A DNA stretch of 64,000 bases from Balanoglossus misakiensis. Taxonomy: Eukaryota; Animalia; Hemichordata. This document shows, one piece after another, positions 13,709 to 28,211 of the stretch. Both the position numbers and the translations under genes were made by a program. Under the pieces are notes generated by a model. That model ran no database searches, was not told the DNA's origin, and saw nothing but the letters and a program-made list of their open reading frames with translations. Numbering within the stretch: position 1 is the first letter of the stretch; each line of letters opens with the position of its first letter. The stretch lies in the NCBI GenBank assembly GCA_040954595.2, contig CM082579.2:4143227-4207226 (forward strand), written 5' to 3'.

Positions 13709-15835
13709 TTAATGCTTGTTGTCATTACACAGACAGTGCATATACTTGGACAGGGTGGCCTTGACGGACGACCAGTCATAATCGTTGTAGATAACGCAGT
13801 TCTGGTGATTCCGATCCCCCTCCAGGTAGTTCAAAAGTGGGAAAATCACCCGGAAGACGAAAAACTTCCCACGCAGGTGAGGGTTCTCCACAAGTATTTC
13901 GTGCAACGTCAACGCAATGGGACACAGTGCCACACTGACGGCGATGTCCATTGTGTAATGAAAGAAGGAGGCAAATAAACTGATGATTCCGGTGAGAGAG
14001 GCGATCCATATTAGTGGGTGGAAAATCCCAAACAGATTGCGAGAATCTGGAAAAAGAAGAGAGAACAGAGATACATGTGGTTATAGTAGCAGAGTGATTT
14101 TAAGTATTCAAGCAATCAAATCTGATTTCCATAGATGGTTAAAAGGGCATTTCTTAAAGCCTTCAATGATTTTCTCTTGGCCCCCCAGTGAAAATTTGTG
14201 ATTGGCTAATTCCCAACTTTACATGACAAAAGTGGATGAATTTGCAAAGGTACTTCATGTATATACCATTGACCAATGTAAATGTTACAATGTAGAATTG
14301 AGAATAGAGTTTTAAAGTCATCATGCAAAATTTTGAATGAGTAAATATTGTATATACTTACATCTTGTGATGTAGTAAGCTAAGAAGATGTATGTAATGG
14401 TGTGACCACTGTACATAAAATCACCGCAAGTGACCACGGGCGTGGCAGTCTCTGGCTTTGGGGTGGCACCCAGGGTAAGTATAATTGCCATAGTTTCCCT
14501 CAATCTTGCAGAAAATGAACCATCTGTCTGTAGAATGAATTGTTGGCAAGAAGTTAGCAGTAGTTGAATATGCATGCATGGGAATATTTCTATGAAATCA
14601 TACTGTTATCATAAATTTGTTACATTTGAATCTAGGAATTATGGTCATGATTAGATGCTGTTCTCACTATCTGCAGAAAGTCTTGTATACCATATCCTAT
14701 TCCTACATACTAGTAATGTATGAATGCTTCCTTTTGTTGACACAAAGGGCAACTGTATGGAGCAGGAACAGGACAATTCATTGTTGGGGAGAGGGGGGGG
14801 GGATCAGTGGCCAAGGATGTCTCCGGTATCAAACTGGTCTCTGTTGATGATTACCTGTGTAGCACAGACAAATCTGCTATGTGTCACCGGCACTCCTGTC
14901 CCAAGCATACATAAACACCTCCAGAGGTACAAAGAAGTGACGTTACTGACGTATCTTCGAAAAATCATCTGCCTGTGAAAATGTAATTACAGAGACCCCA
15001 GTCTTATGAAACAAACAGGAATAGAAACAATCAAATAAACACACCACAACACACCACATACATACACACATACATTCGTGCATGCATTGCAATTGCATGT
15101 ACATATTTATAATATATGCACATACGCTTTGCATAATGCTTCTGGCCGGTCAAACATGTAAAGCGCCACCAGCGACGGATTGTTCACACAAGTCGGCGTC
15201 TGCAGCTTGCTTGGCGTACACTACGTCGCGTCGGGTTTCGTTAAAATTATGTTGGCTGGTTCAGTATCTACGCCAAATTTGACAATGACTAACTTGACAA
15301 GAACTAAATTGTACAACCTGTCAACCCCCTCTCAAGGTGTAAGGTTTAGTGGAAGCCTATACAACAAGCATTCAATTTTACTGTGTCAGGATTTTAAAAA
15401 GAACAAAGCCACCGTTGGCTTCACACACATTTCACGGCGAGCAGAATCAGTTTACAAATTGTAACTCAAGGATCAAAATGCAGCGAATTACCTTTGTTTG
15501 TGTAATAACAGCACGACCAAACTTGTGAAGGCAAGAAATGTAAGTGACGCGGCGCAAATCTTCCTCGGAAACACCCGAAAGGAAATCGAATCCAAAATCA
15601 CGTCGGGTAGGGGAGGGTGCTTCAACGGATCCGGTCGCTTGTCATTGACGACAATGGTCGTGTAGGCAGTAGAAAACATGCAAATGACATAGTAAATTAA
15701 GCCGACCAATGTTCTACTTCTTGAGGGCTTTCCATTGTCGCTTCGGAGGACTGTTTCCTCTGAAAAATTCTTCATCGTACCGTTCGGCTTTGCACATTCC
15801 ATCATGATCAATTCCTCGTGTTCCGATGTCGCCAT
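13709..15835 (-). CDS. Sphingomyelin synthase family protein (SMS/SMSr-like, PAP2 superfamily), no SAM domain, 4 coding exons, ~321 aa
   Basis: Exons 15492-15835, 14855-14972, 14362-14527 and 13709-14046 join in compatible phases. SMS family motifs are present: PPLPD (D1), RR...Y..R...TGVP (D2-like), CGDFMYSGHT (D3) and HYTMDI (D4), with multiple hydrophobic helices. A splice acceptor at 15857-15858 just upstream of the ATG implies a non-coding first exon. Confidence 0.9.
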
Positions 15836-17412
15836 TTTACATTTCCTGGGATCTCCCTAAAGATGAAAGTAAATTGAGAATTAGTTAATTTAAAAAAAAA
15901 AATAGGATGGACATTTAAAACAACAATAAGAGTGGGACATTCTATGTGGCAAAATATACGAACTTTGGGAGAAATAATATCTGACATGACAGATGGAACT
16001 GATGCAACGTATATCTGTGAACCTTTATCTAGCGCGTGCAGTTCCAACATTCTAAAGTTAGAAACAGATTCACATTCGCTTGCCGGATCTACAATTTTAC
16101 ACTGTATATGCATACAGGTGGTCGTGTTATGGTAGGCCTAGCCTATATCATATATACTGCCTATAATTAACCATACGTGTAGTCTAAATTACTAGTACGA
16201 GATGTGCATCGATCATAGTCAGAAGTTTGGCCACTACGAAAGCCAACATACTAGTATAAAAATGCCCAAGACATCACAAAGAATTCGGCATAGGCCATGC
16301 ATGAGTCAAGAAGACTCGAATTGTGATCAGCCAATTATTCCAATACGAGCGTATAGTAATGTTAAAATGAGACTAAAATTAGGCCTATGCGGGTACCAAC
16401 ATAACAATATTCAAATGTATTTAAAAACACAATCGCCATCGAAAGCGGTTTTAATTTTTAGAATTTTATATCAATTTAGTGGTGACTTTTGTTGTATTTC
16501 TAACGACACCACTTCTTCGTGTTTCTGCATTTTCACATCGACCTCGAAATAATCAATATAAACGCCGGATGGTGCATTTTGGTACACGACTTAGCCATTA
16601 TGTATCGAGCCCATGGTTTGCTTTTAGGTCTAGTATTTGTAAACTTTGGGGGCAAATTGAGCGTGTCTAACATAATTTGATTAAAACTGTTCTAATTTAT
16701 AAGGTGCTGCAGAGCACAAAGGGTGAAAGTTCAACCGATGATATACTAGTAATCATGGTAATAGATCAGACCTGGTCAGTCGCAGATGGCGTACCCATCA
16801 GGACGGGATGTTTTCCTAGTCACTCGTGCTTATACATTTTTTGTGACATAAATTAATCGACAGTTGATTGTGCGCGACAAGTGGAGTGACGTGATAGTCT
16901 GTAAACCCACCGCCACTGCTATGCGTGCCATTAAATTGACAGCATGCCTTTGGAATCTCGCGTCTCTCCGTAGTCGTGGTATTTTTGTTCATGTGTAAGG
17001 ACTCTCTGTCCATTTTTTATCAATTCAGACAAAAATGTCAATTATATATACATGTACTGCAGTAGTATTCCCAGTTCCACACTGCATTGCCTATTTGGGT
17101 CAGCTGAGCGCAGTAGATGTCCTCAAGGTCACATTTTCAGCGTCAATAAAATTCAAAATTGCGGGCAGGCATTTCACTTGTGTAAAACAATGCGCTTTAT
17201 TTAGAAACCATTTCATACCATGCACTATTTCAAACGTACGACCTTACCAGTGCGCCTAGGAATTAGTACACGGGCAAAATAATCCGTCTGCTTGCCCTTC
17301 AGTTGTTGTGTGTTAACGAACGTAATATCAAATATACACGCCCTTAATATTGCATATTGCTTACATTCCGCTCTATATCAGGTTACTTTTAGAAAAAGAC
17401 GCATGATTAATT

Positions 17413-17499
<87 letters not shown>
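17413..17499. repeat. (GAT)n microsatellite
   Basis: Perfect ATG/GAT run; it generates the spurious poly-M, poly-D and poly-I ORFs. Confidence 0.97.
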
Positions 17500-20400
17500 T
17501 GCGTCATAAACCGCCAGTGGACGGGAAACTCGCGCAGTTGTGCCTGCTCCTCACCACATATGCCCGAAACCTTCAGTTTGCTGGACAAACAAATTGTGCA
17601 CATATACTATTCAAGAACATGTTTTGAGTTGACTTGGCGTTCTAAAAACTGCAGTTGGAAATCTTATACACCCGCAATGCTCGGTGCGTACACAATTTCA
17701 GACTAAGGGTTAACTTCGAGACCTTTTGGAAAAACAAGACGGGAAACCCGAGCGAACGTACAACCTTCACCGCTTCGCATGCATTGCCAATGATGCGTAT
17801 GTTAATAAGACGCCGCTACCTTTAGTAAGCCTATTGGTGCTTTTCAGCTATGATTATGAGGTCATGTGTGGTCAACGGTTTAATACAGTTCATGTAGACA
17901 TGGGACATTCTCCCAGGCCCTCGAAATACCCAATTTGGTCCATCCCTTATGTTACGCGCATCTCAACTCCAGTATAGAATTCATGCATGTGACGTGATTG
18001 TAAAAGTTGTTTTCACGGGCTTCTCGGACTTAACCAGGAAAGTGATATTCCCTTGTAGTCAGATAGACATCCACGTTTGAAATATTTTAATGTAATGCAC
18101 CATTTTTTCAACGCGGCTTTTATGCGGGTAATATAATGCGATCTTTTAAGAGCCTGGGGTCAAGGTGAGATTGGCCCAGATGACGCGACGCAATGCCCGC
18201 TGAAGAAGTCTATTAAAGTTTCTCGCCACGAATAAGTTCATCCTCTCGAAACAAACAACTGCCTGACTATGTCTTGGAAGGACTCTTATCGAGTTGTCTT
18301 TGGTCGTATGGTTTTGGCCTAGATGCAGACGACGAGTCCCGTCTTTTTTTTATCGTATGTGTCACGTTCGCGCTCCAGACTACAAGGTCCAATTGCATCT
18401 CAGACAAGCTGTCTGAGCTTGCGTGCTCAGAATACATAATAAGTGCTGCATGCTGGCGTGTCATGTCACATTCAGACTCGATTATTCTAGATCGAAGCGG
18501 TCAACCGAGTTCAGCTCTTGGTGTGCAATACAAAGCGCCTGCAGAATATGGTTCAACATGTCAGTTTTGGCCAACAGAACAAATATCCAAATTTAGAGCA
18601 AACGAAGTTGGGACAAATGAAATATATCAAGGTTCGGGGGTCAGAAACAAAAGGGCAAAGTGCTCATTGACATCAGAAACCAATAAATGGCGCATGTACA
18701 ACTATACATGTACTACTATACTATAATATTCTATACTATACATGGTATCGTATCGTTTGACCTAAAAAGAAGGAAAGTTAGTAAAATTCTAGCTAATGAA
18801 AAAAACAGTACCTGTACTATTTGAAGACATACTTAACACTCAAATTTTATGAAGAGGACTTTCGCCTTAGGAAAATAAAGAAACGACACCAAAGCAGTGT
18901 GCTTTTAGTTTTTTTCGATTTTTAGGAAAAAACTAGTCGCGTCTTTCAAATTCTTTACAACATTCCAGCCTGTGTTCCAACCGAACAGAAGTAGGCTCTT
19001 CATGATCAGCTCACACTTTTCAAAACATTGATGTTTGCTTTCAGTATCAACCAAATTTTGCCAATATGCCCTATCTGTTTTAAATTCAAGATGGCGGCCG
19101 CCAATATTTTATGTGAACGAGGAAACGCTACACGTCACCTTTGCTGACAGGGAGGCGGTGCATGGTGAACAGTCCCTAGCTGATCTCTGTCAAGCTTTCA
19201 AAATATCAACTATACACAGCAGAGAGGGGAAAGATTTTGACAAGTGTACACTTCGGCCAACATCCGAAAATTCTATTACCGACGCGAACGTCGATGTACT
19301 CATGTAGTGCCGCGGTTGTTGGAGGCTCTAACACGAATCTTACAGTAAAGTGCAAGCGACCTCGACGCCCTGAATTTAGTGAAAGTTGAGTGAGAGTGCT
19401 TCACAAGATTCCGGCCATTGATACAGTTTGGAGGTTGGCGTGACAACAAGAGACAGATTGCATTTACTTTATATAATAGGCGCAGTTGTTTGTGGCCGAG
19501 ACATGGGTATTACTGTCGATATTATGGCTGCCTATGCCTACGACATGGCTGGTTGCTGATAACATATATGATATATATCGATGTCAGAAAATAATTTTGG
19601 TGTGGCATTTTCTATCTACATAGTTACCATACACATCAGTAAAAAATATTAAAAATGGCCGCATTGGGTAACCAGACTGTCAAGGACACACTGTCGCCGG
19701 CGCTGCAGGGTTTTCCCGGATTTGTACAGGGGCTGACTCGTGTTTTAAAGGCGAAAATTCTCCCCTAAAATAGCCGAATGCTTCCTAAACCCACCCCTGT
19801 TGAATCACGCGATGCCAGCAATTCGACAAGTTTCATTGAGAGGTCGTATAACAACTGGTGCTATGGCCCGAGTTTTGTGCAAACAGAAGGCACAGTCACG
19901 TTCTATATACAATGTACTTTTACTGCACAGAGAGATGGCCTCATTTCACATATGAAGTCTGTCTGGTATAGCTAAAAAACAAGAGATTCGCCGGGCCAGG
20001 TGTCAGACAATCAGATGGTGTTGTTGCTTCACACACCCGAAGCCATATTACATTATGACCTATGTACATGTCTAGTCATAGTAAGAAAACAGATGGTAGA
20101 AAAAACGTAAAGCGCGGTGTTAGAAAGGCGTTTGGCCTATATACATGATATAAGCACTATTAAAACTGGATGGCGACGCCGAATTCCGCACACTTCATCG
20201 ATTGTGTCGGTATGCCAAAAATAAAATTTCACCCCGTCGAGGTCAAGGCAACTTGTAAAGGTGTCCGTGATGCTGTATATAAGTCACCCCAAATCTTAAA
20301 CAGATTGTAAATAAATACAGAAAGATACTCATTGATCGCTATATACCATGTAGTCAACGTTTCCAAAGGATGCCTCGTGCGAGAACGCAGTTTCCCCTTT

Positions 20401-20605
20401 TCGTTAGCAGTTGTAACCCACTTAACATGTTCGGGTAAGTTAAGTACGCAGTGAGTGCCCTAGATGCATACCTGTACCCCTGAGCCGTCCACATGGGCGT
20501 TTCTACAAGGTATGCCGCCGTGAAGTTGAAACACTTTTCTTTAAGGGAGTCGCTTTCAATACATCTCGCGTTCGCTTAACGACATAATCCACATGTTGGG
20601 CTTAC

Positions 20606-20710
20606 CTTCGCTCCGGGGCCGCCTGTCACACGTTCGTCCTTCAGTGCTCCTAAAATACTAGACGGTGTCTGACATCACTTTTGATTGTGAACGTGCAAGT
20701 GGGGCGGGCC
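20606..20710 (-). promoter_or_regulatory. Candidate 5'UTR exon and promoter of the SMS-family gene
   Basis: Strong minus-strand donor AAG|GTAAGC at 20606/20605 in a GC-rich patch, with a GC box (GGGGCGGG, ~20701-20708) about 100 bp upstream. The link to the acceptor at 15857 is inferred. Confidence 0.4.
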
Positions 20711-23700
20711 TAGGGCTGCACCATATCAAGCGCCGTGGAGGGCTAGTAATTCGCGGAATTTAATATGAACTCGAAACAGCTACAACAGCAATAACAATAT
20801 CCACGCAAATCTTTGCATAACATCTGTTGTTAGGCGATATCTGTCAATATTTTTGGCTTTCATAAACGCCACCTTTTTAATTTCAGTCCAGTTGACTGTA
20901 TCGCGACCTTAACGACCCTGTAGAAATGTACTCACAACCCGACAATGTTATCACACCTACACATGTATATGGTTGTCAAGAGTATCTCGTGCCTCAATAA
21001 CTCACTTGAAATATTGCGGTAATAACCTGGCACTGCGCTCGTTCTTCGCATCTAAACAGTGTTTCCCCAAGTAGGCATATCCACTGAAATTATTCATGCT
21101 GTTTCCATGAATGAATTGACATACAGTACGCAACCTTCGGAAATGCCCTGGAGACACGGGATTCAAACCCATGGCTTTCGCTTTGTTCTTTGTTTAATAT
21201 TAAGGTGAGGTGTCCGCATAAACGGCAGAGGTAGTTGATGGTGGGCGTGCACTATAAAATATGCTGCTATAATTTCACTTCCTGTGTCACGCCGCACCTT
21301 TTTAATATACCAGATATGGAAGTTTCCGTCCTTTAAATGGCTGGGCAATCATCTAAGACTCATCTTGATACACATCTTCGCGAGCCAAGCTACACTTAAC
21401 CCAGCGCTGTGTTTCTAAGAGACACATTTGCGTCACTAAGAGCAAGGTCGGGTGAATCGGAGGGTGATCTTAACCCCAGAGTAACGCTTGTGTGCAGGGT
21501 GGAGATTTTCTAGAACGGTTTCACGCCTTTTTAAAAATGGCACAGATGTAGTTGCGACAGATAAAAACCGATTACCCGTATGTGTACACTAGACTCCCCA
21601 TCCTTCACTTTTCAACTCACCTTACATTGTCTATCCTACTCCGGTAACACTGTACAACGCCCTAGATCGGTATCAGACGAGACGATGCCACACCCGATTC
21701 TCAAGAACAGAACCCCGTCAGCTTTCACTTACACCTTGCATCCAAACTAGCGGAGGCCGGCATCCATTTGCAATCGTGTTATACTTAAAAATATATGTGG
21801 AAGAGCGCATGCCCAACGTTGAAAGCGAGAGTGGCCTCAGATGCCCTTTGTATAAACCTGGTATATTACACAGCTTAAAAACAATGCACAGTGGCAGACT
21901 ATATATCACAAATAGTATTCCCGTTTCTTAACCAAAGGTTGCACTTGCAGTCGACGGCAGAAGAAGCTGTTCCTGCTCAAATATGGCTGCGTGTCGAAGA
22001 CTGGCTCTCATTATGGGAAGCCGTGGGCACAGCGGCTTTTCTGTTTCTAGGGAGGGTTCAGTGGAAATGATAAGGGGTGGGGAATCTCATTCTGGGCGTT
22101 TTCGATGATGGGCGTGTACATGCGGATACGTTCACTGAATATTTCCGGTCGAAGGCATAGGCACTTTGGAGTTGGTGGATTCTATGCTGATTCATTTGCG
22201 CCGGGTTTTGGAAACAAGTATTCTTTCAAGTGGTATTCTTTCGACATTTTGTTTTACGTTCCATCCGTGGGATGATTAAGAAGCCATCACTCTTGGGTAA
22301 ATGGGGAATGCAAGACGCACAGTGTCCTGCTCTTAGACACAAAAACATGCAGGGCCATGTTCGAGTCTCCAACTCACTGGTCTATCTGACCGATTTAAAG
22401 TATATATAGGGTTTGTCCATTCCAGTTTTACCAGTGCGTTACCCGAGAACAAAGGTTTGTCATATTTGAACTTTCAGAGGTCGCCGAGGTTTATCAAAAA
22501 GATACGTAGTCTAAAATCTAGACGACGCTTTCCGTCACTACCGGGTTCATTGAATCTGAAAACACCAAACATGTTTACCATGTCATATAGATTCCAGACG
22601 TCTTGACGAATAACGGGTAGTTTTCGACTTGCCCCGAGTATATGGGCTGAAACACCTTGCGTATGCATGCAACACGTTAATATTTAGATCATATAAATAT
22701 TGATCAATACCAAGAAATATGTCATAAGTCGCACTCAGGTGTTACGCCCATATACAGAGTGTGCGTTGAGTTGTGTCAACTGGTGATAGAACATATGAGC
22801 AAAGAAACTAAAATAAAGGCAAAATGGGTGATTTTTCCCTTCTATTAAGTCATAATAAAATAAAGATAAATATAAAAATGGTTGATAGAAATAGGAGACG
22901 GTGGAACAGTTAAATTAGTTAATAAGAATCGTTATCCGGAAATTGTCTTCATTGAGACATTAACAACAAGCGGTTAGCCGTTAAAGCTATAACATGTTGT
23001 GATGCAAGTCAAATGCGTCTGAGTTAATTTATGTCTATTCTGACTCACATGACTTAAACACTACGATAAATAATCGCTATACGGTTATTTTTAATTCACG
23101 TGCAGCCGGTAGTTTGCAGTCCCTGGAATTCAAATATTGAATTACGCAGAACTTATATGTTAGAAGTATTTTGTCTGCGAAGGATCGACCTCGATTTCTC
23201 TTACAAACAACGCCTGGTAGGTCAAAGTGGCATAGATTGCGTTGCCCTTGACCTCCATAACATCACGTTCGTGCTAATACAGTTCGATTCGCACCATCCG
23301 TATATTATATCACTGGTTTAAATGCAATCCAAGTGTTACAATATTCCTAGTCAAAATTTCCTATGTGTGACCCCTTTTTTCAGTGCCTGAAAACAATTGC
23401 CTTTCGTAGCTATTTTCACTTGTTGCAGGTCTAATAATGAGAACAAAACACCTGTCCCCAGGGATAACATTAATACCTCATCTTCCAAGCTATAGATAGA
23501 TGCAATGAATTGGTATCCGTGGAGACCGCTCAATGACCCTGTATACGTCATAATACATCGCCCCATCAGCTAACACTCCGTCATCACAACAATACAGATA
23601 AACATGCCACAATTACTGTTTTTCGTAAATGTGGACATGACATTGGTTTGTAACTAAATAATGAAAATGCAACCTGTTGTGACCGGCAGTACAATTACCA

Positions 23701-26700
23701 ATAATCAGTCTGTCAACGTTCACATATTAGATGTTGTGTCATTGGCAATTGCATTACACTCACGTATGGATCGGACGACAGAGTGTAACACACGGCATCC
23801 CAAAGGCATGCATGGCAGAAGCATGAATTTTCGCCCACACCCGTAATAATTTTTCATCTGGTCCCTAAATCAAGCTCAATATGAAAATAAGCATGTGTCA
23901 TGCGCACGTTGTGTGGTGAACACGGAAGTGAAAGCTAACCAGTCACATGATGAGGACGTGGAAAATAGATTTTTATTGCATAGGCTATATGGTGTTACTC
24001 TGTATTCAAAGGGCATGGTGATGAACAGGTCATCGGGCGGGGAAGCTGTTTGAGCATACGGATAACATTCCATCGTACGTACTATGGTCAAGAAAAATTG
24101 TTTTCATGCCCTTTTTACATTTCCTCCAGCACCCCGCCCTACATCAAATGGATTACCCCTTATTTCGCTGATGAGAATTTGCGCTTGTTGTCTGAAGGCG
24201 GTTGCACTTTTCACCCTTCCTTTGCTCACTCACACAATATGCTATGCCATGTATCACCGACATGAATCAAGCGTCTGCCTTTATGCCGTGTGCATTGAAT
24301 TTGCCTGCTTACAACACTGCCATTCTGTGACGCATGGCATTTTTTGCCGGGCACTATTAATGCAATTCACTGCTGCAGCGCTATTGTTAGAGCGGCAGGG
24401 AATACTATGGGCCAACGCTTTTGTGAAGCAACATGTCGTCGAGTTCGCGAGATCCGCATCATATATATTCTGGGTCAATATGCACTTACAAACCTGAATT
24501 TTGTACAGTTTTTTTCTTCCTCTCCCCTCCCCCCGAATTATGGATACTGCGGACACTACGATGTGACACGGCCCCAAATTTGAAAGTGTTCACTGAACTG
24601 GAAATATGTAAAAACAAACTCTTTTTATATTAATTTAACGTATACAGCTGGCTGATTTATGAATTTATGCGCGGCCAATAGACGCATGACGTGGAAATTC
24701 GATCAGCTGCAGGCATAGATAAGTGGAGGAAAGGAAGGACGTTCACACATTGCAAGCGCTGATACAGGCAATATCATACGCAATGACATCCTGGCTGTAT
24801 TTCACATATATTTCACATGCGTATTGTATGTAATTCCTCTGAGTGACCCAATTAATTGTTCACACAATTTTTACCAACGATTTGAAACTTGGAGTACGTC
24901 GATAAGTACAAATAATAGCGATAATCGTAGTGCTAATTGAGCCCCTGTTTAAATTAGGAAAAACATGCATACACTACTGTGGCATCATTCCTTTCTCTAT
25001 TTTAATTCACAATGTAGCACGATTTTATTCAAGGTGTGGAACCCTGAAAGGAAAAGGGTGTAAAAGAAAGTACGCACACAATACTCAATTCAATTGCGCA
25101 TTGTGGCGATTCATTCAGTGTAAGTGCCGTGCCCGGTCGGGGTTAGTTTCAATCGACTGCCATAATATTATATTATCACATTGAGTTAGATGCACATCAT
25201 TGTCATTCTCGGGGAAGGGGGGGGGGGGGGGTAATGGTTTAAATATCGTAGAGGGCGAAACACACAGTTGGTATTTGTTGCGACATAAATTTTAGCCTAA
25301 CTCCCTGTAGAGAGGTAAATTTGGGTCTGTTACCAAAAACTCGGGTCTGAAGGTCCAAGTTTCAAGATTATCTCGCTGCCCCCCCCCCCCACTTAGCTGA
25401 TGATCAATCCCTTGCTCCTAAACCACTTTCCTGTCCAGTCACTTTTAACACCCACCATCCCCAAATACCTAAGCCTGCGAGACAGTAAATTCATTGGAGA
25501 GGTGTTTCCTTTATCGCACTCGTGCTTCTATGAGGCGCCGCATGTTATATGTAGTGGGAGTGTTTGTGGCGTGTCACGGCAACCTAGGATGTTTACTTTC
25601 TTGGGTTATAATATCAACAATAATATTTCACAATTTATATTACATGCTTGTTTGCGCACGTAAAATGTCTGTCTTTTGCAGCTACGACCTTTGACATGCG
25701 GCACCAACCAACAACACTCCAAAGCAACCTTTGCCCACATTCATTCAGCTGTCTGGGAAAGTAAATGGCACTGGGGCATTGCACTGTTGAGGGCACCTCC
25801 CACAATGCATTGCGCTGCCCATTGTCCCTTTGGAGGGGGGGGGGGGGGGGCTTCCAGTCCATTTTTCTACTTCCACCCCATAGCATCATTTCCATGGAAA
25901 CCAGACACACTGAGCGACTTCCTTCCAATATTGAGTTTAATTATCTCCATTGCATCTGAATACAGATGCAAAAATTGTACAACAGTGAAATGAAACCCAC
26001 GAGTTTCATTTTTAAAAGTTTGCATATTTTAATTTTTTTTCAAACGGTAAATCTGACCATCTCTGCTGTTGATTAAAAAAATCCAAAGTTGGGTCGCCTT
26101 CTGAGACGAACAGGATCTACAGCTGCTTTGATCTACAACTACAAATTTTATAACTTTTAAACACAAGTGTTTTTTTCTCACTGATATCTGTAGTCAAAAC
26201 AGCATGCAAGATTTGCTGCACTAAGGGAAGAATCATATGATATGTAAGAGGGGGGCAGACGCAATTTAATGCAGTCAAAATGGCAAACTGTTCTGTATGT
26301 CTATTTGGATCTTAATTTGCCTTCAAGTAAGACTCTAAGAAGACCTCACAAAGCAGCAAGAGTTTTTTTCCTCTAAGGCTTATCTCCAAGGCAATTTTCA
26401 TTACCTGGCAAATTTGTTTCAGACATCCCCCCCCCCCCACTGGTAGCTATCAACTGATTCTCCCTTTGACAATCACATTAGCTTCTTGAAGCTAAAAAGA
26501 ACAAGTATGAAGAAATTGCCGCAACTTTGCAATACATGAAAAACGTCCATCACATACAGCATTCACAAATTATCGGGGATATACAAAGTGATATCATACA
26601 TCATTCTATAAATAAAACTCCATATACCACGGAACAAACTTGAACCAGACACCGGAGGTACTCTCTGAGACGACGTATATGTCGGTATGTTTAAGTACAC

Positions 26701-28211
26701 AGTCATGCGTAGGTAATCTGTAGGGGTTAAGCAACAAGCTTCCATCACTGGGACAAGTCTTTGCTTGGCAAAATGTCAGTCTCTGATGCATGTTTTATAC
26801 CAGTTCTGTCAGTGAAGATGAAAAATCGCCGGACCAGAAACAACCCAGCATAAAACTCGTACATGTAATGAACTAGAGTTGGTGGGGGAAAGTGAATTAA
26901 CGATTAATGCAGACATTTTGTGTACACAGTTGTAAGACTAATGCCCTGTTGGCAACTTTATCATTGCCCATTATTTATTTTTGTCATTAGTATATTATTG
27001 TATAAGCACATTCAATTTTTTTTTAAAAGTTGCAAATCTTAAAAAAAAAAACACGGACAAACACCACAAACATTTAGTATGCCAATTTTGCTAAAGAAAC
27101 TTGACACGCCAAACTATCCGTCTCAAAAAAGTACACCACATAATTTCACACTACAAACCTGACAGGCACTATGACCCAACTGTTCCTTTCACAACAAAAG
27201 TTACTGTTCATTTTTCACCCCCAAAATTCTCGGTGATCACAGAATTTGTTTCTGTTTTCGATTCAGAAGAGAGAACAAGATTAAAACCTAAACATCTTGC
27301 GTAAACATTTGATTACCCACATTTTAAATTCATCGACAAAAAAAACAGGATTCCTGCCGTTCAAATTACTTGAATAATCACACAACGCGAAAATGTCTCA
27401 ATACAACAAGCCTCTGTGCCTGTATATCTACTCCCCCCCTAAACACTTCTGTACACATAATTCTCACACTTCTACTACACCTGAACAAGCACTGTCATTT
27501 TGCATCCGAATCTTTCATTCTCTGAAAGAACGCAGCTACAACGACCGAAAAGACACCAAAGTATTGCACACTACGAGCGTGCAACTTGATTTCCCCAAAA
27601 ATCATTCCATCGAAAAAAAAGTAAGTGTCTTGTGATTGGCTAGGCACATTCAAACTTCTACCGTGCAACCAATCAACTAACATGTTATTTATTTATTTAT
27701 GTATTTATTTATAGGGAGATGAAATACCTTCACCACTTCATGAGTGACAGAAGGACAAATTCCAGAATCATAAAGTGTGCTCTAAAGACAAACGCCGCTA
27801 ACTGTACTAAACTATGTATAAAAATTTTCCCTGAATAAAAAACATCCAGAAAGTCTATGTGAGCATCACATCTCTTTCCACTGCTGTGATTCAAAACAAA
27901 ACGTAAGGTTTCTTAATTTCTCTGAGTGCCAGAGATACCAGGTCTAATGCTCTGTAAGATGTATTCCGACCACCTCACCTGGCCAAATATCTTGAGTAGA
28001 AAAGTTGGGTTCAGATTTGACAACACAACATGCACACACAAAAATGTGTGCCACTTTCTTCACATTATAATCACTGACATGTCTTCATATATTTGGCAAG
28101 GTGAGCAAGTCGGCAACGGACAGCCTAAAAAAATCACCGACTACTGAACGCAGACGAGTACCTAAGTTGAAACTGACATATTGCTGGGTTTGTGTTCACA
28201 CGTCTCCTCAT

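Noticed and set aside
17292-17706. Poly-Asp, poly-Met and poly-Ile ORFs (also at 11001-11237, and FIHS repeats at 60659-60887)
   Set aside because: They are simply translations of microsatellites.
18274-18726. 150-aa plus-strand ORF
   Set aside because: Non-ATG start, no recognisable domain or splice context, and it lies antisense within the putative first intron of the SMS-like gene.
21200-21305. Possible ~100-bp MITE with GGTGAGGTGT / ACGCCGCACC ends
   Set aside because: Only 8 of 10 TIR positions match and there is no clean target-site duplication; too weak to call.
24084-24497. 137-aa ORF and overlapping ORFs in the intergenic region
   Set aside because: No homology recognised, and the composition is typical of random open frames.
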